Origin: the human T2T-CHM13v2.0 reference genome, Homo sapiens
NCBI RefSeq assembly: GCF_009914755.1
Contig: NC_060947.1
DNA: 64,000 nucleotides
Direction: 5' to 3' (one strand)
How positions within the stretch are numbered: position 1 is the stretch's first letter; each line of letters starts with the position of its first letter. A model generated the notes under the pieces. It saw nothing but the letters and a program-made list of their open reading frames with translations. It was not told the origin of the DNA and searched no databases. The position numbers and the translations under genes were made by a program. This document shows positions 1-17,043 of the stretch, piece by piece.

Positions 1-457
1 ATTTGAGGACAGGTCTCAGTTAATTTAGAAAGTTAATTTTTCCAAGGTTGAAGATGCACACCTGTGATCCAGCCTCAGGAGGTCCTGATGGCATGTGCCC
101 GAGGTGATCAGAGCGCAGTTTGGTTTTATATATTTTAGGGAGTAATGAGACAGCGATAAAAATATGTAAAATGAACGTTGGTTTGGTCTGGTCCAAAAAG
201 GTGGGAAAACTCGAAGTAAAAGTGGGACAACTCAAAGTAGGGAGGAGGCTTCCAGGTCACAAGTAGGTGAGAGACAAACGGTTGCATTCTTCTGACTTAC
301 TAACCTTTCCAAAGGAGGTACTCAGATACACATTTATCTCAGTGAGCAGAGGGGTGACTATGAGTAAAATGGGAAGCAGGTTTGTCCTAAGCCGTTCCCA
401 GCTTGAATTTTCCCTTTAACATAGTGATTTTGGGGCCCGAGATATTTCTGTTTCACA
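1..457 (-). mobile_element. ERV1 LTR, MER4A-like
   Basis: Reverse complement starts tgtgaaacagaaatatctcgggccccaaaatcactatgttaaagggaaaattcaagctgggaac, matching the MER4A 5' end; subfamily called from memory. Confidence 0.7.
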
Positions 458-789
458 TCCATATCGTCATCTTCATCATTTTCTGGGTTTTTAGTTTGTT
501 CGTGTAGATTAGATTCATGTTTCTGCCCGGTATTTCTTTCTGCCTGAGGAAATGTGTTAACATGTCATGTAATGCATTTCTACTGGGGTGAATAATCTAA
601 ATTTTCTTTGTCTGAAAAAAATTGTCATTTGTGTTTATTATAGAGATAATGTGAGTCCATCAAAATCAGTATTTATCTCTCAAAATTGTTTGCTTTTTTC
701 TAACTGTAAATTTCTAAGAAATTTACACTTCCTATCTCTGTGCTAAAATTCCTCATTTGCTCATCCATGATGTCTACTTTTTCCAATAG

Positions 790-2790
790 TGATGTGGTTT
801 GGATCTGTGCTCCTGCCTAAACCTCATGTTGAATTATAATCCCTAATGTTGGAGGTGGGGCCTGGTGGGAGTTGTTTGGATCATGGGGGTGAAATTCTCA
901 TGAATGGTCTAGCACCATCCCTTTGGTGCTGTTCTCATGATCGTGAGTTCTCATGAGGTCTGGTTGTTAAAACGTGTGTAGCACCTCCCCAGCCTCTCTC
1001 TTCCTCCTGTTCTAGCCATGTGAGGTGCTAGCTCCTCCTTTGAATCTGCCATGGTTGAAAGTTTCCTGAGGCCTCCCAGCCATGCTTCCTGTACAGCCTA
1101 AAGAAGCATGAGCCAAATAAAGATACCTAAAAATGTGGAAACAGCTTTTGCATTGGGTAACAGGCAGAAGTTGAAACAGTTTGGAGGGCTCAGAGGAAGA
1201 CAGGAAGATGAAGGAAAAGTTGAAATTTCCTAAATACTTGTTAAATGGTTGTCATTAAATTGCTGATAGTGATATGGACACTGAGGGCCAGGCTGAGGAG
1301 GTCTCAGATGGAAATGAGGAACTTATGGGGAAGTGGAGTAAAGGTCACCTTTGTTATGGATTAGCAAAGAAACTAGTGGAATTGTGCCCCTGCCCTAGGG
1401 ATCTGTGGAACTTTGAGAGTCATGATTTAGGGTTTCTGGTAGAAGAAATTTCTAAGCAGTATGGCATTCAAGATGGGGCCTGGTTCCTTCTAATAACCTA
1501 TGCTCATGTGTGTCAACAAAAAAAGATAGAAAACTGGCACTTACTTACTTATATTTAAAAGGAAAGCAGAGTGTAAAGCTTTTGAAAATTTGCAGCCTGG
1601 CCAAATGGTAGAAAATAAAAACCCATTTTCTGGGGAGGAATTCAAGCCAGCTGCAGAAATCTCCTGAAGTTACAAGGAGCTGAATGTTAATAGCCAAGAC
1701 AATGGGGAGGCCTGAAAGGCATTTCAGACACCTCTGCAGTAACCCCTCCTCCCATCACGGTCTGAGAGGTTTGGAGGGGAGAATGCTTTCGTGGGCCACA
1801 CCCAGGGTCCCACTGCCCTGTGCAATGTCTGGACACTGCTTCCGATAGCCTGGGTGCTCCAGTGTCAGCCTCTGCCCAAAGGGCGCCCAATACAGCTCGA
1901 GCCACTGGTTCAGAGTGTGCAAACCATGAGCCTTGGTGGTTTCCACTTGGTGTTAAGCCTGTGGGTGCCCAGAGCAAGAGTTGAGTCTTGGGAGCCTTGG
2001 CCTAGATTTCAAAGGATGTATAAAAAAGCATGGATGTCCAGGCAGAAGCCTGCTGCAGGGGTGGAGTCCTCATGGAGAACCTTTACTAGGGCAGTTCAGA
2101 GGGGAAATGTGGGGTTGGAGCCCCCATGCAGAGTCCACAATGAAGTACTGCCTAGTGGAGCTGTGAGAAGAGGGCCACCATCCTCCAGACCCCAGAATGG
2201 TAGATCCACTGACAGCTTGTAATAGGGCCTGGAAAAAGCGTAGGTACTCAATGCCAGCCCATTGGGGGTTGAACCCTTCAAAGTCACAGGGTTTGAGCTA
2301 CCCAAGGCTTTGGGAGCACTCCCCTTCTGCCAGTGTGCCCTGGATGTGGGACATGAATTGAAGGAGATTATTTTGGAGCTTTAAGATTTAATGACTTCCT
2401 TGCTGGGTTTCAGATTTGCGCAGGACCTGTAGCCCCTTTCTTTTGGCTGTTTTCTCCCAAGTATTTACCCAATGCTTATACCTCCATTGTATCTTAGAAG
2501 AAGTTAACTTGTTTTTTATTTTACAGGCCCATAGGCGGAAGGAATTAGCCTTGTCTCAGATGAGACTTTGTACTGTGGACTTTTGAGTTAATGCTTCAGT
2601 GAGTTAAGACTTTGGGGGAATGCTGGGATTGTAGTTTGCAAAGTGAGAAGGACATAAGATTTTGGAGAGGGAAGGGCAGTATTATAAGGTTTGGATCTGT
2701 GTCCCCACCACAATCTCAGGTTGAACTCTAATCTCCAGTGTTGGAGGTGGGGCCTGGTGGGAGGTGATTGGATCATGGAGGTGGAATTCT
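790..2790 (+). mobile_element. MaLR MST element: LTR (790-~1120), internal region (~1120-2680), partial second LTR (~2683-2790)
   Basis: LTR start tgatgtggtttggatctgtg...gttggaggtggggcctggtggg; ORFs 1274-1558 and 1791-2222 are typical THE1/MST-internal remnants. Confidence 0.85.
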
Positions 2791-4524
2791 GGTGGAAATA
2801 AATAGCAAAAAAGCCCACTATTTAAAATGGAATATTGTAGTAAATCTGAGAGAAACTAGACAAGACTTAGAAAACATTTAAAATATTTAAAATGCTATAA
2901 AAGCAATTCAGAAATCAATCAGAAAAAAAATTGTATGATAGAATGAAACATGGCATCTAAAATGATTTTTCAAAATTATTTACCTGGTAACTCAATGTTT
3001 TTATAAAATATTCATGATGCATTACAAAATTGTGGACCCCAACCTGAAACCTAAGTAAGTGTAAATATAGACAGATGTGTGGAAAGATCTACATCTAAAT
3101 TTTATCAACAACTGTATCCATATTATATGATGTTACTGGTATTATGGTATTATTTCATTACTGCTATTCAAGTTTTTCATACCTTTTATGTGTTTTCCAA
3201 GTTGTTCTGCAATAAACAGGAATTGTGCTCGTGGTCCAAAAAGGAAAGATATCAATAAAAATGTAGTTTTCTTTGACAGAATTCGGATATAAGAATAACT
3301 TGGAAAAATGTAGAATTTGTTTTTGGCAGTTACTTTCCCTCTTTCGAGCTCCCTAAATCTATATATACTCAGCCTATTCAGTTAGAGTTCTTGCCTTTCC
3401 ATGTTCCTGACTCCTAACTCTAATAAATGTTGTTAACGCATTATAAATTATGAGGATAAACTAATATATTCACATTAATGATGTGACAAAATTATAGTAT
3501 AGCAAGGAAGGTCCAGAATGAATACGTAGCCATTAAACCAGGTTTTTTTCATGTGCTAGGACTACAACACAGATCAAAACAGCCTCATAGAACTGACATT
3601 TTATTGAAAAACACAGATACTTTTTAAAAAGTAACTAGTAAAATTCTTGGTATACACAGGAGTGTTAAATTATATGTAGTTATTTATGCTGGATATATGT
3701 TATTTATCACATTATTAAATTACATATATTTTTAGTATTCTGTAGATTGCCTTTTTATTATCTCAGTGGTCTGATTTGAAGACAAATTTTAATTTTTTCA
3801 AAGTCTATTTTATCAACTTATTTTTAATTTTACTTTTATATTTTGATATCATATATAATAATTGATAGGATGCCTATGGTATATTATCGGGGGAAAAAAG
3901 TTACTGAAAGGTAAAGAAGATTAAAAATAAATATCTATATAAATAAAAAAATATATATATATTCTGCCTTTTATTCATAAAATTTTATACTTGGACATTT
4001 TGGCCTAAAATTGTGTTATTTTCCGTATATGGTTTGAAATATGGATCGAGGTTCATATTTTTCATATATATATATATATATCACATTTTCCAGTATCTTG
4101 TTTAAATACTATCATTTCTTCATTAGACTGACTTTACAGCTTAGTCTAAATGAATTGGTGACATATATGTATATTTCTGGTCCTTCTATTTGTCCATCCT
4201 TTCTTCAGTACCACACTATATTGGCTAATCTAGTTAGACAGTAAATCTGGAAATTACAAGTGTAAATTCTCCAACTTTGTGATTCTCTTTCAGACTCTTT
4301 TGGATATTCTAGTTTATTTGCCTTTTATATCAGTTTTAGAATCATCATGGTAATGTCTACAAATATTTTTCTGCGACATTGGTTGGAATTGCATTACCTC
4401 TAGAGATCAATAGAACTCTATAAGTCTATAGATTTGAATCCTTCGATCCATAAATATGATACTCCTCTCCACTTAATTAGGAATTATTTGATTTCCTAGT
4501 GTATTTACACTTTTAGCATACAGA

Positions 4525-5006
4525 TGTGTTTGGTTTTCTATTGATACTGAATCAAATTGCCACAAATTTAGTTGTTTCCAACAACACAAATTTATTATAT
4601 TAGGGTCTAAAGGTCAGAAATCTAAATTAGGTTTCTCTTGGCTAAAATGAAGGCATTGGCAGGGCTTTGTTCCTTCTGTTGGCTCTAGAGGAGAATCTAC
4701 TTGATTGTCTTTAGAAGAAGATGCTACTTGCTTTCTCCGTTCTTTGGCTCATGGACTTTACCTCCACCTCTAGTCAATACTATAGCCTTTTCCAATGTTT
4801 CTCTTATTCTAACCGCCTTTCTCCTACTTATAAGGACCCTTGTGATAATGTTGGGCTCACCTAGATAATCTAGGATAATCCCAATCTCAAAATATTTAAT
4901 TTAATCACATGCACAAATTTTCTTCTGCAATAAAATGTGTTGTTTACAAGTTCAGGGGTTACTCTGTAAACATTGTTTTGAGGGGGCTGTTATTCTGCCT
5001 ACCACA
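4525..5006 (-). mobile_element. MaLR MLT1 LTR (MLT1D-like)
   Basis: Ends ttattctgcctaccaca (reverse complement tgtggtaggcagaataa); internal tataaggacccttgtgat...ggataatcccaatctcaa. Confidence 0.7.
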
Positions 5007-6587
5007 GAGATCTTGTAATTTTTTTCTTAGAATTTCACCTAAATATTTTATGTTCATATTATTTTATTTTTCAATTAGCTTGATTTAATCATTTCCTAAT
5101 GTACACATATATCAAAACATCATGGTGTATACCTTAAATATATACAACTTTTATGTCAGTTAAACCTTAATAAATTGGTAGAAACATGGATGAATAATAC
5201 AAAACAGAATTTCTCTGAAAGAAAACATAAATACCAGTGAATATACTATTCTTTTTGAGTAAATCATAAAAGAGATACGATAACAACTAAATTTTCTTAC
5301 TTTCATTTTAGGATATCACTTAAAGTTATATAAGTAACATGCTTTCACTATAATACAGTTTTAGAAACTATATACTAAGAGGAGTTATCACTTTGGAAAA
5401 TTCTACGTACATACAGTATTTCAAACTGACAGAATTTTTTTACTGTTCAGAATGTTCCCCCCGACCCACACACACATACAAAGATTCTTTGTATTCTATT
5501 AGTGCAATTGTTTCATTATGGAAAAGATACATCAACAGATTTTTTTTTTTACTTTCAGTTACTAATGGTCTTACACATATTCATCCATTCTGAATCTAAA
5601 AAAAAAAACATAAACTAAAATCCTCCCTGTAACCATATAGTAATTTTTTAACAGTTTTTCCCTTTCAGTGTATATGCTGTAGCCTCTATTTCAGTTGGAA
5701 TCAAAATTGTATTAATCACTTACTATTTCTAAAACATTTTTTACACATTTCCACAATATAAGTAGCTTATTTATAACCTACTTCCCAAACATGCATACTG
5801 GTTTCATGCTGCAGAAGGCATCACACAGTCTGGCGCTTGTCTCTCTCTCTCCCTCTCCCTCCTTTTCTCTCTCTCTGTGTGTGTGTGTGTGTGTGTGTGT
5901 GTATTTATTTCCCTCTCTCTCTCTCTCTCCATTGGGTTAAAAGTTAAGAAGTGTCACCAGAAGAAAATGGAGAGAGAAGCCTGGGAGACATCTCCTGAGT
6001 ATCAGTTCTGTCACACCCTTTCATTCTTCAAGTGTATTCTTAAAAAATGGGGAAAAAGATAATGAAAAAGAATGAAATATTCTTGGATGGACTATGCTTA
6101 ACCCATTGTAAACTGGTGACATATAGCTTTGAAAGGTAATTTAAAAGTCAATGAAAAACATTTTAGTCTTTGAGAGACAAATGGACACTGTGGATCAACA
6201 ATGAAGGGACCTGAGAGGCAGGAGAGTCTTTTGGGAGCTCTAAAGGAGAAGCCTTGCAAATGATGACTAGTTGACAAGAGAGAAAAGTTTAGAGAATTTA
6301 GGAATCTGGAGTACAACCTTCCAGCTGACGAAGAATGGCTGTGGCCTCTATACAATGTATTTCTTATTTGAGCCAAGCCTCATTTGGCAAAAATAGTTAA
6401 ATTCTTAAAGAACTTGAGTGCATGCGTTTTCTCAGGAGTCCACAGTTCCTATGTCTAGTCGTCTAGAAGGCACAAAAAGTTCCTTGAAGTAGCCCAGCAC
6501 TGAGGAGTGGGTGCACAGGATCCAAAACAGGCATCACCATGCTCGCAGCTACAGCCCCATCCCTAGGGACACCACATATGCAGTGCA

Positions 6588-6671
6588 TGCTGTACATTAC
6601 TCCTCTCAAAAAGGTGACATTTATATTTTAGTTCACATAAATGACACCTCCTTGTGAAAGGCACTGTACAC
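6588..6671 (-). ncRNA. MIR513B: pre-miR-513b hairpin (5p 6637-6658 UUCACAAGGAGGUGUCAUUUAU; 3p 6601-6622 AAAUGUCACCUUUUUGAGAGGA)
   Basis: Both arms match recalled hsa-miR-513b; arms pair with each other; extended stem spans 6566-6694. Confidence 0.95.
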
Positions 6672-6867
6672 TGAATGGCTGAATGTGGCATCCCAGACCA
6701 AATGCTCCCTATTCATGCCATTTTTATTCAAGTCCCTATATAGGTGTATACATTAGCATGGCCACCAAGATTTATGCCAAGGAATTATGCAAATCCTAGC
6801 CCCCAGTGCTCCCCTTTCATCCTGCCCTGAGTGAGATTTTAACATGCAGATTTTTGTTTTATTTTGT

Positions 6868-7032
6868 TATAATCCCAGCCACCCAGGAGCTGAGGCAGGA
6901 GTACACCTTGACCCTGGGAGTCAGGTTTCAGTGAGAGGAGATCAGGCCACTATACTCAAGCCTGGGTTACAGAGTGAGACCCTGTCTCAAAACAAAAACA
7001 AAATGTAATAGAAAAAAAAAAAAAAAAAAAAA
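6868..7032 (+). mobile_element. Alu right-arm fragment with A tail
   Basis: taatcccagccacccaggagctgaggcagga...cagagtgagaccctgtctcaaaa. Confidence 0.85.
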
Positions 7033-7366
7033 CGTAAAATTACTGGTTAAGTAGAAAGGACCAACCACTCACCAAAGCTTTCTGTTGTCCTAAACTCCAG
7101 CTGTGCTGCACACACCTAAAGTCCATCAGAAAAACCACAGAATACAACAACCTGGATGCAAAGAAGTGGAGAAGAGTCAGAGGGTAACAGGTTGGAGAGA
7201 GTAGAAATTTCATTTCTTCTTCAGGCTATGGAGCAGGAAGAACCCATAGAAATTAATACAAGATACACACAAGACAGATAATGGGCTGGAAGACAGGAAA
7301 TGCTATTTTATTTCTCTTAGCTCCATGGTTCTTTATAGTTCATTTATTTGAGTGCCTGCTCACTCG

Positions 7367-7406
<40 letters not shown>

Positions 7407-8881
7407 AAATAGTAATAGCTGTAAGATTTTTAGTTCTAAGATTCTTTGCATTAATATATTTTCCATCCTTTTACTTTTACCCAACTTTCACGTAGGTCTT
7501 CATATTTAAAATGGCTTTGTTTTAGAAAGTATATAGTTGTTTCTTATTTTTATATAAATTGACAATCTCTGTCTTAATAGAAGCATTTATATCATTTATA
7601 TTAATACAATTATTTACATACATGCATTTAAATCTACTGGCTTTCTGATTGTTTTCTATGTTTCATCCTTTTCTTATTCCAAATTTTCCTCTTTCCTGCC
7701 TGATGGTGGATTTAGTATTTTTAGCATTCAGTTATATTTTCTCTACTCTTGGCGTATTAGTTAGGTCACTTTAAAAAATATAGTGGTTGCTCTAGGGTTT
7801 ACAAAGTTCATATTTAATTCATCACAGTCTATCTTCAAAGAATATTATACTACTTTTTGGCTGAATAGGAACAGCTCCAGTCTGCAGCTCCCAGTGTGAT
7901 CAATGCAGAAGACGGGTGATTTCTGCATTTCCAACTGAGGTACCTGGTTCATCTCATTGGGACTGGTTGGACAGTGGCTGCAGCCAATGGAGGGTGAGCT
8001 GAAGCAGGGTGGGGTGTCGCCTTACCCGGGAAACACAAGGGTTTGGGGGATTTCCCTTTACTAGCGAAGGGAAGCCGTGACAGACTACCTGGAAAAAAGG
8101 ACACTTCCGCCTAAATACTATGATTTTCCCAAGGTCTTAGCAACCGGCAGACAAGGTGATTCTCTCCTGTGTCTGGCTCAGCGGGTCCCATGCCCACGGA
8201 GCCTTGCTCACTGCTAGCACAGCAATCTGAGATCGATCTGTGAGGCAGGCGGCAGCCTGGCTTGGGGAGGCGCATCCGCCATTGCTGAGGCTTGAGTAGG
8301 TAAACAAAGCAGCCAGGAAGCTCAAACTGGGTGGAGCCCACAGCAGATCAACAAGGCCTACTGCCTCTAAACTCCACCTCTGTGGACTGGGCATAGCTGA
8401 ACGAAAGGCAGCAGACAACTTCTGCAGACTTAAACATCCCTGTCTGACAGCTCTGAAGAGAGCAGTGGTTCTCCCAGCATGGCGTTTGAGCTCTGAGAAA
8501 GGACAGATTGCCTCCTCAAGTGGGTCCCTGACCCCCCATGTAGCCTAACTGGGAGACACCTCCCAGTAGGGGCCAACAGACACCTCATACAGGTGGCTGC
8601 CTCTCTGGGACGAAGCTTCCAGAGGAAGGATCAGGCAGCAATATTTGCTGTTCTGCAATATTTGCTATTCTGCAGCCTCCACTGGTGATACCCAGGCAAA
8701 CATGGTCTGTAGTGGAACTCCAGCAAACTCCAGCAGATCTGCAGCTGAGGGACCTGACTGTTATAAGGAAAACTAACAAACAGAAAGAAATAGCATCAAC
8801 ATCAACAAAAAGGTCATCTGCACCAAAACCCCATCTGTAGATCACCAACATCAAAGACCAAAGGTAGATAAAACCACAAAG

Positions 8882-9870
8882 ATGGGGAGAAACCAGAGCA
8901 CCTCTTCTGCTCCAAAGGATCGCAGCTCCTCGCCAGCAACAGAACAAAGCTGGATGGAGAATGACTTTGACGAGTTGACAGAAGTAGGCTTCAGAAGGTC
9001 GGTAATAACAAACTTCTCCGAGCTAAAGGATGATGTTTGAACCCATCGCAAGGAAGCTAAAAACCTTGAAAAAATATTAGACGAATGGCTAACTAGAATA
9101 AACAGTGTAGAGAAGACTTCAATGACCTGATGGAGCTGAAAACCATGGCACGAGAACTACATGATGCATGCACAAGCTTCAGTAGCCAATGCGATCAAGT
9201 GGAAGAAAGGGTATCAGTGATTGAAGATCAAATTAATGAAATAAAGCAAGAAGACAAAGTTAGAGAAAGAAGAGTAAAAAGAAACAAACAAAGCATCCAA
9301 GAAATATGGGACTATGTGAATAGACCAAATCTACGTTTGATCGGTGTACCTGAAAGTGATGGGGAGAATGGAACCAAGTTGGAAAACACTCTTCAGGATA
9401 TTAGCCAGGAGAACTTCCCCAACGTAGCAAGGCAGGCCAACATTCAAATTCAGGAAATACAGAGAAGGCCACAAAGGTACGCCTTGAAAAGAGCAACCAC
9501 AAGACACATAATTGTCAGATTCACCAAGGTTGAAATGAAGGAAAAAGTGTTAAGGGCAGCCAGAGAGAAAGGTCGAGTTACCCACAAAGGGAAGCCCATG
9601 AGACTAACAGCGGATCTCTCAGCAGAAACCCTACTAGCCAGAAGGGAGTGGGGGTCAATATTCAGTATTCTTAAAGAAAAGAATTTTCAACCCAGAATTT
9701 CATATCCAGCCAAACTAAGCTTCATAAGTGAAGGAGAAATAAAATCCTTTACAGACCAGCAAATGCTGAGAGATTTTGTCACTACCAGGCCTGCCTTACA
9801 AGAGCTCCTGAAGGAAGCACTAAACATGGAAAGATACAACTGGTACCAGCCACAGCAAAAGCATGCCTAA
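8882..9870 (+). pseudogene. L1 ORF1p remnant (N-terminus disrupted; 246-aa C-terminal ORF)
   Basis: ATG ggg aga aac at 8882; motifs RPNLRLIGVPE, LARREW and YPAKLSF in ORF 9130-9870. Confidence 0.9.
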
Positions 9871-9938
9871 TTGTAAAGACCATCGATGCTATGAAGAAGC
9901 TGCATCTATTAACGGGCAAAATAACCAGCTAACATCAT

Positions 9939-13770
<3,832 letters not shown>

Positions 13771-14253
13771 AAACCAAGCACCGCATGTTCTCACTCATAG
13801 GTGGGAATTGAACAATGAGATCACTTGGACACATGGCAGGGAACATCACACACCAGGGCCTGTCAGGGGTTGGGGGGCTGGGGGAAGGATAGCATTAGGA
13901 GAAATACCTCATGTAAATGATGAGTTGATGTGTGCAGCAAACCAACATGGCACATGTATACCTGTGTATCAAACCTGCACGTTGTGCACATGTACCCTAG
14001 AACTTAAAGTATAATAAAAAAATGCAATGAAAAAAGCAAAAAAAACTCATTGATTGTAGTGTCTTGTGTGTGCGTTACCAAAAAAAAGAGTATTATACTA
14101 GTTTATGTACAGTTTAAAAATCTTATAATATGCATACAATTCACCCCATCCTTTGTCATATTTTTAATTACATTTATTAATGTTCTAATCCCCACACACA
14201 TATTTGTTTACACTGTTATTATTGACTGATGAATAAAATAATAAAATGCCCTC

Positions 14254-14728
14254 TGTGTGAAGCCCCAAAATTTGAGACAGGTCTCAGGTAATTTAAAAAG
14301 TTAATTTTGCTAAGGTTGAGGATGCGCATCCATGACACAGACTCAGGAGGTCCTGGTGACATTATGTCCAAGGTGGTGAGAGCACAGGATGGTTTTATAC
14401 ATTTGGGGAGACATGATACATCGGTCAACATATGTAAGATAAACATTTGTTCAGTCTGCTCCAGAAAGGAGGAACAACTCAAAGCAAAAGTGGGACAACT
14501 CAAAGTGGGGAGGAGGCTTCCAGGCCACAGGTAGGTGAGAGACAAACGATTGCATTCTTTTGAGTTACTGATTCACCTTTCCAAAGGAGGCAGTCAGACA
14601 CGCATTTATCTCTGAGCAGAGGGATGACTATGAATAGAATGGGAGGCAGGTTTGCCCTAAGCAGTGCCCAGCTTGAATATTTCCTTTAGCTTAGTGTTTT
14701 TCGGGCCCTGAGATATTTCCTTGTCACA
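14254..14728 (-). mobile_element. MER4A-like LTR (unit 2 copy)
   Basis: Paralog of 1-457. Confidence 0.7.
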
Positions 14729-15046
14729 TCCTTATCTTCATCTTTACCATTTTCTGGATTTTTGTTTGTGCAGATTCATGTTTCTGCTTGGTATTTTCTC
14801 TGCCTGAGGAAATGTGTTATGATGTCTTGTAATGCATTTTTACTGGGATGAATAATCTAAATGTTCTTTGTCTGAAAAAATTATGTCATTTTTGTGTTTA
14901 TTATAGAGATAATTGTGAGCCCATTAAAAGAAAAATTCATCTCTCAAAATAGTTTGCTGTTTTCTAACACAACCATTTCTTACAGTTCCTATCTCTGTGC
15001 TAAAATTCCTCATTTGATCATCCGTAATGTCTCCTTTTTCCAATAG

Positions 15047-17043
15047 TGATATTGTTTGGATCTGTGTTCCCACCTAAATCTCAAGTTGAATTGTAATCCT
15101 CAGTGTTGGAGGTGGGCCCCAGTGGGAAGTGATTGGATCATGGGGGTGGAACATTCATGAATGGTCTAGCACCATCCCTTTGGTGCTGTTCTCATGATAG
15201 TGAGTTCTCAGGAGATGTGGTTGTTAAAAAGAATGTAGCACCTCCCCCATCTCTCTTCCTCTTGTATTGGCCATGTGAGGAGCTAGATTCTCCCTTGCCT
15301 ATTCGATGATTGAAAGTTTCCTAAGGCCACCTAGCTATGCTTCCTGTACAGCCTACAGAACCATGAGCCATTTAAAGTTACCTAAAAATGTGCAACCAGC
15401 TTTTGCATTGGGTAACAGGCAGAGGTTGAAACAGCTTGGAAGGCTCAAAGGAAGACAGGAAGATGAAGGAAGAGTTAAAATTTCCTAAATAAGTGTTTAA
15501 TGGGTTGTCACTAGATTGCTAATAGTGATATGGACACTGAAGAACAGGTTGAGGAGGTCTCAGATGGAAATGAGGAACTTATGGGGAAGTGGAGTAAAGG
15601 TCACCTTTGTTATGGATTAGCAAAAAACTGGTGGCATTTTGCCCCTGCTCTAGGGATCTGTGGAACTTTTGAAATTGAGAGCGATGGTTTCGGATTTTTA
15701 GTAGAAGAAATTTCTAAGCATCATAACATTCAAGATGGGGCTTGGTGGCTTCTAATAGCCTATGCTCATGTGTGTCAACAACAAAAAATTATGTAAAACT
15801 GGCCCTTATATTTAAAAGAAAAGCAGGGTATGAAAGTTTTGATAATTTGTAGCCTGGCCACATGGTAGAAAATAAAAACTCATTTTGTGGTGAGGAATTC
15901 AAGCCAGCTGTGCAAATCTGCTTAAGCAACAAGGAGCTGAATGTTAATATCCAAGAGAATGGGGAGGCCTCAAAGTCATCTCAGAGACCTCTGCAGTAAT
16001 CCCTCCTCCCATCACAGGCCGAGAAGACTAGGAGGGGAGAATGCTTTCATGGACCACACCCAGGGCCCCACTGCCCTGTGCAGTGTCTGGACACTGCTCC
16101 CGGTAGCCTGGGTGCCCCAGTGCCAGCCTTGGCCCAAAGGACCCCAATATAGCTTGAGCCACTGGTTCAGAGGGTGCAAACCATGAGCTTTGGTAGCTTC
16201 CACTTGGTGTTAAGCCTGTGGGTGCACAGAGAAAGTGTTGAGGCCTCGGAGCCTCGGCCTAGATTTCAGAGGATGTATAAAAAAGCATGGATGTCCAGGC
16301 AGAAGCCTGCTGCAGGGGTGGAGTCTTCATGGAGAACCTTTACTAGGGCAGTGCAGAGGGGAAATGTGTGATTGGCACCCCCACACAGAGTCCACCCTGA
16401 GCACTGCCTAGTGGAGCTCTGAGAAGAGTGCCACCATCCTCCAGACCCCAGAATCATAGATCCACTGACCGCTTGTAGTTAGGCCTGGAAAACGCGTAAG
16501 CACTCAGTGGCAGCCCACTGGGGGCTAAACCATGTAAAGTCACAGGGTTGGAGCTGCCCAAGGCTTTGGGAGCCCAACCCTTGCAGCAGTGTGCCCTGGA
16601 TGTGGGACATGAAATCGAAGGAAATCATTTTGGAGCTTTAAGATTTAATGACTTCCCTGCTGAGTTTCAGACTTGCACAGGACCTGTAGCCCCTTTCTAT
16701 TGCTGATTTCTCCCAAGTATTTACCCAAAACTTATGCCTCCATTGTATTTTAGAAGTAATTAACTTTTTTTTTTATTTTACATGCTGATGGGCAGAAGGG
16801 ATTAGCCTTGTCTCAGATGAGACTTTGGATTGTGGACTTTTAGGTTAATGCTTCAATTAGGTTAATGCTTGGGGGACTGTTGGGATTGTATTTTGCAACG
16901 TAAGAAGGACATGAGATTTGGGAGGGGCCAGAGCAGAATTATAAGGTTTGGATCTGTGTCCCCACCCCAATGTCAGGTTGGATTGTTCCCCAATGTTGGA
17001 GGTAAGGCCTGGTGGGAGGTGATTGGATCATGGGGGTGGAATT
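15047..17043 (+). mobile_element. MST MaLR element (unit 2 copy)
   Basis: Paralog of 790-2790. Confidence 0.85.

Noticed and set aside
1274-2305. ORFs of 94-143 aa repeated in all three units
   Set aside because: They are MaLR (MST) internal remnants, with frames broken differently in each copy; not a gene family
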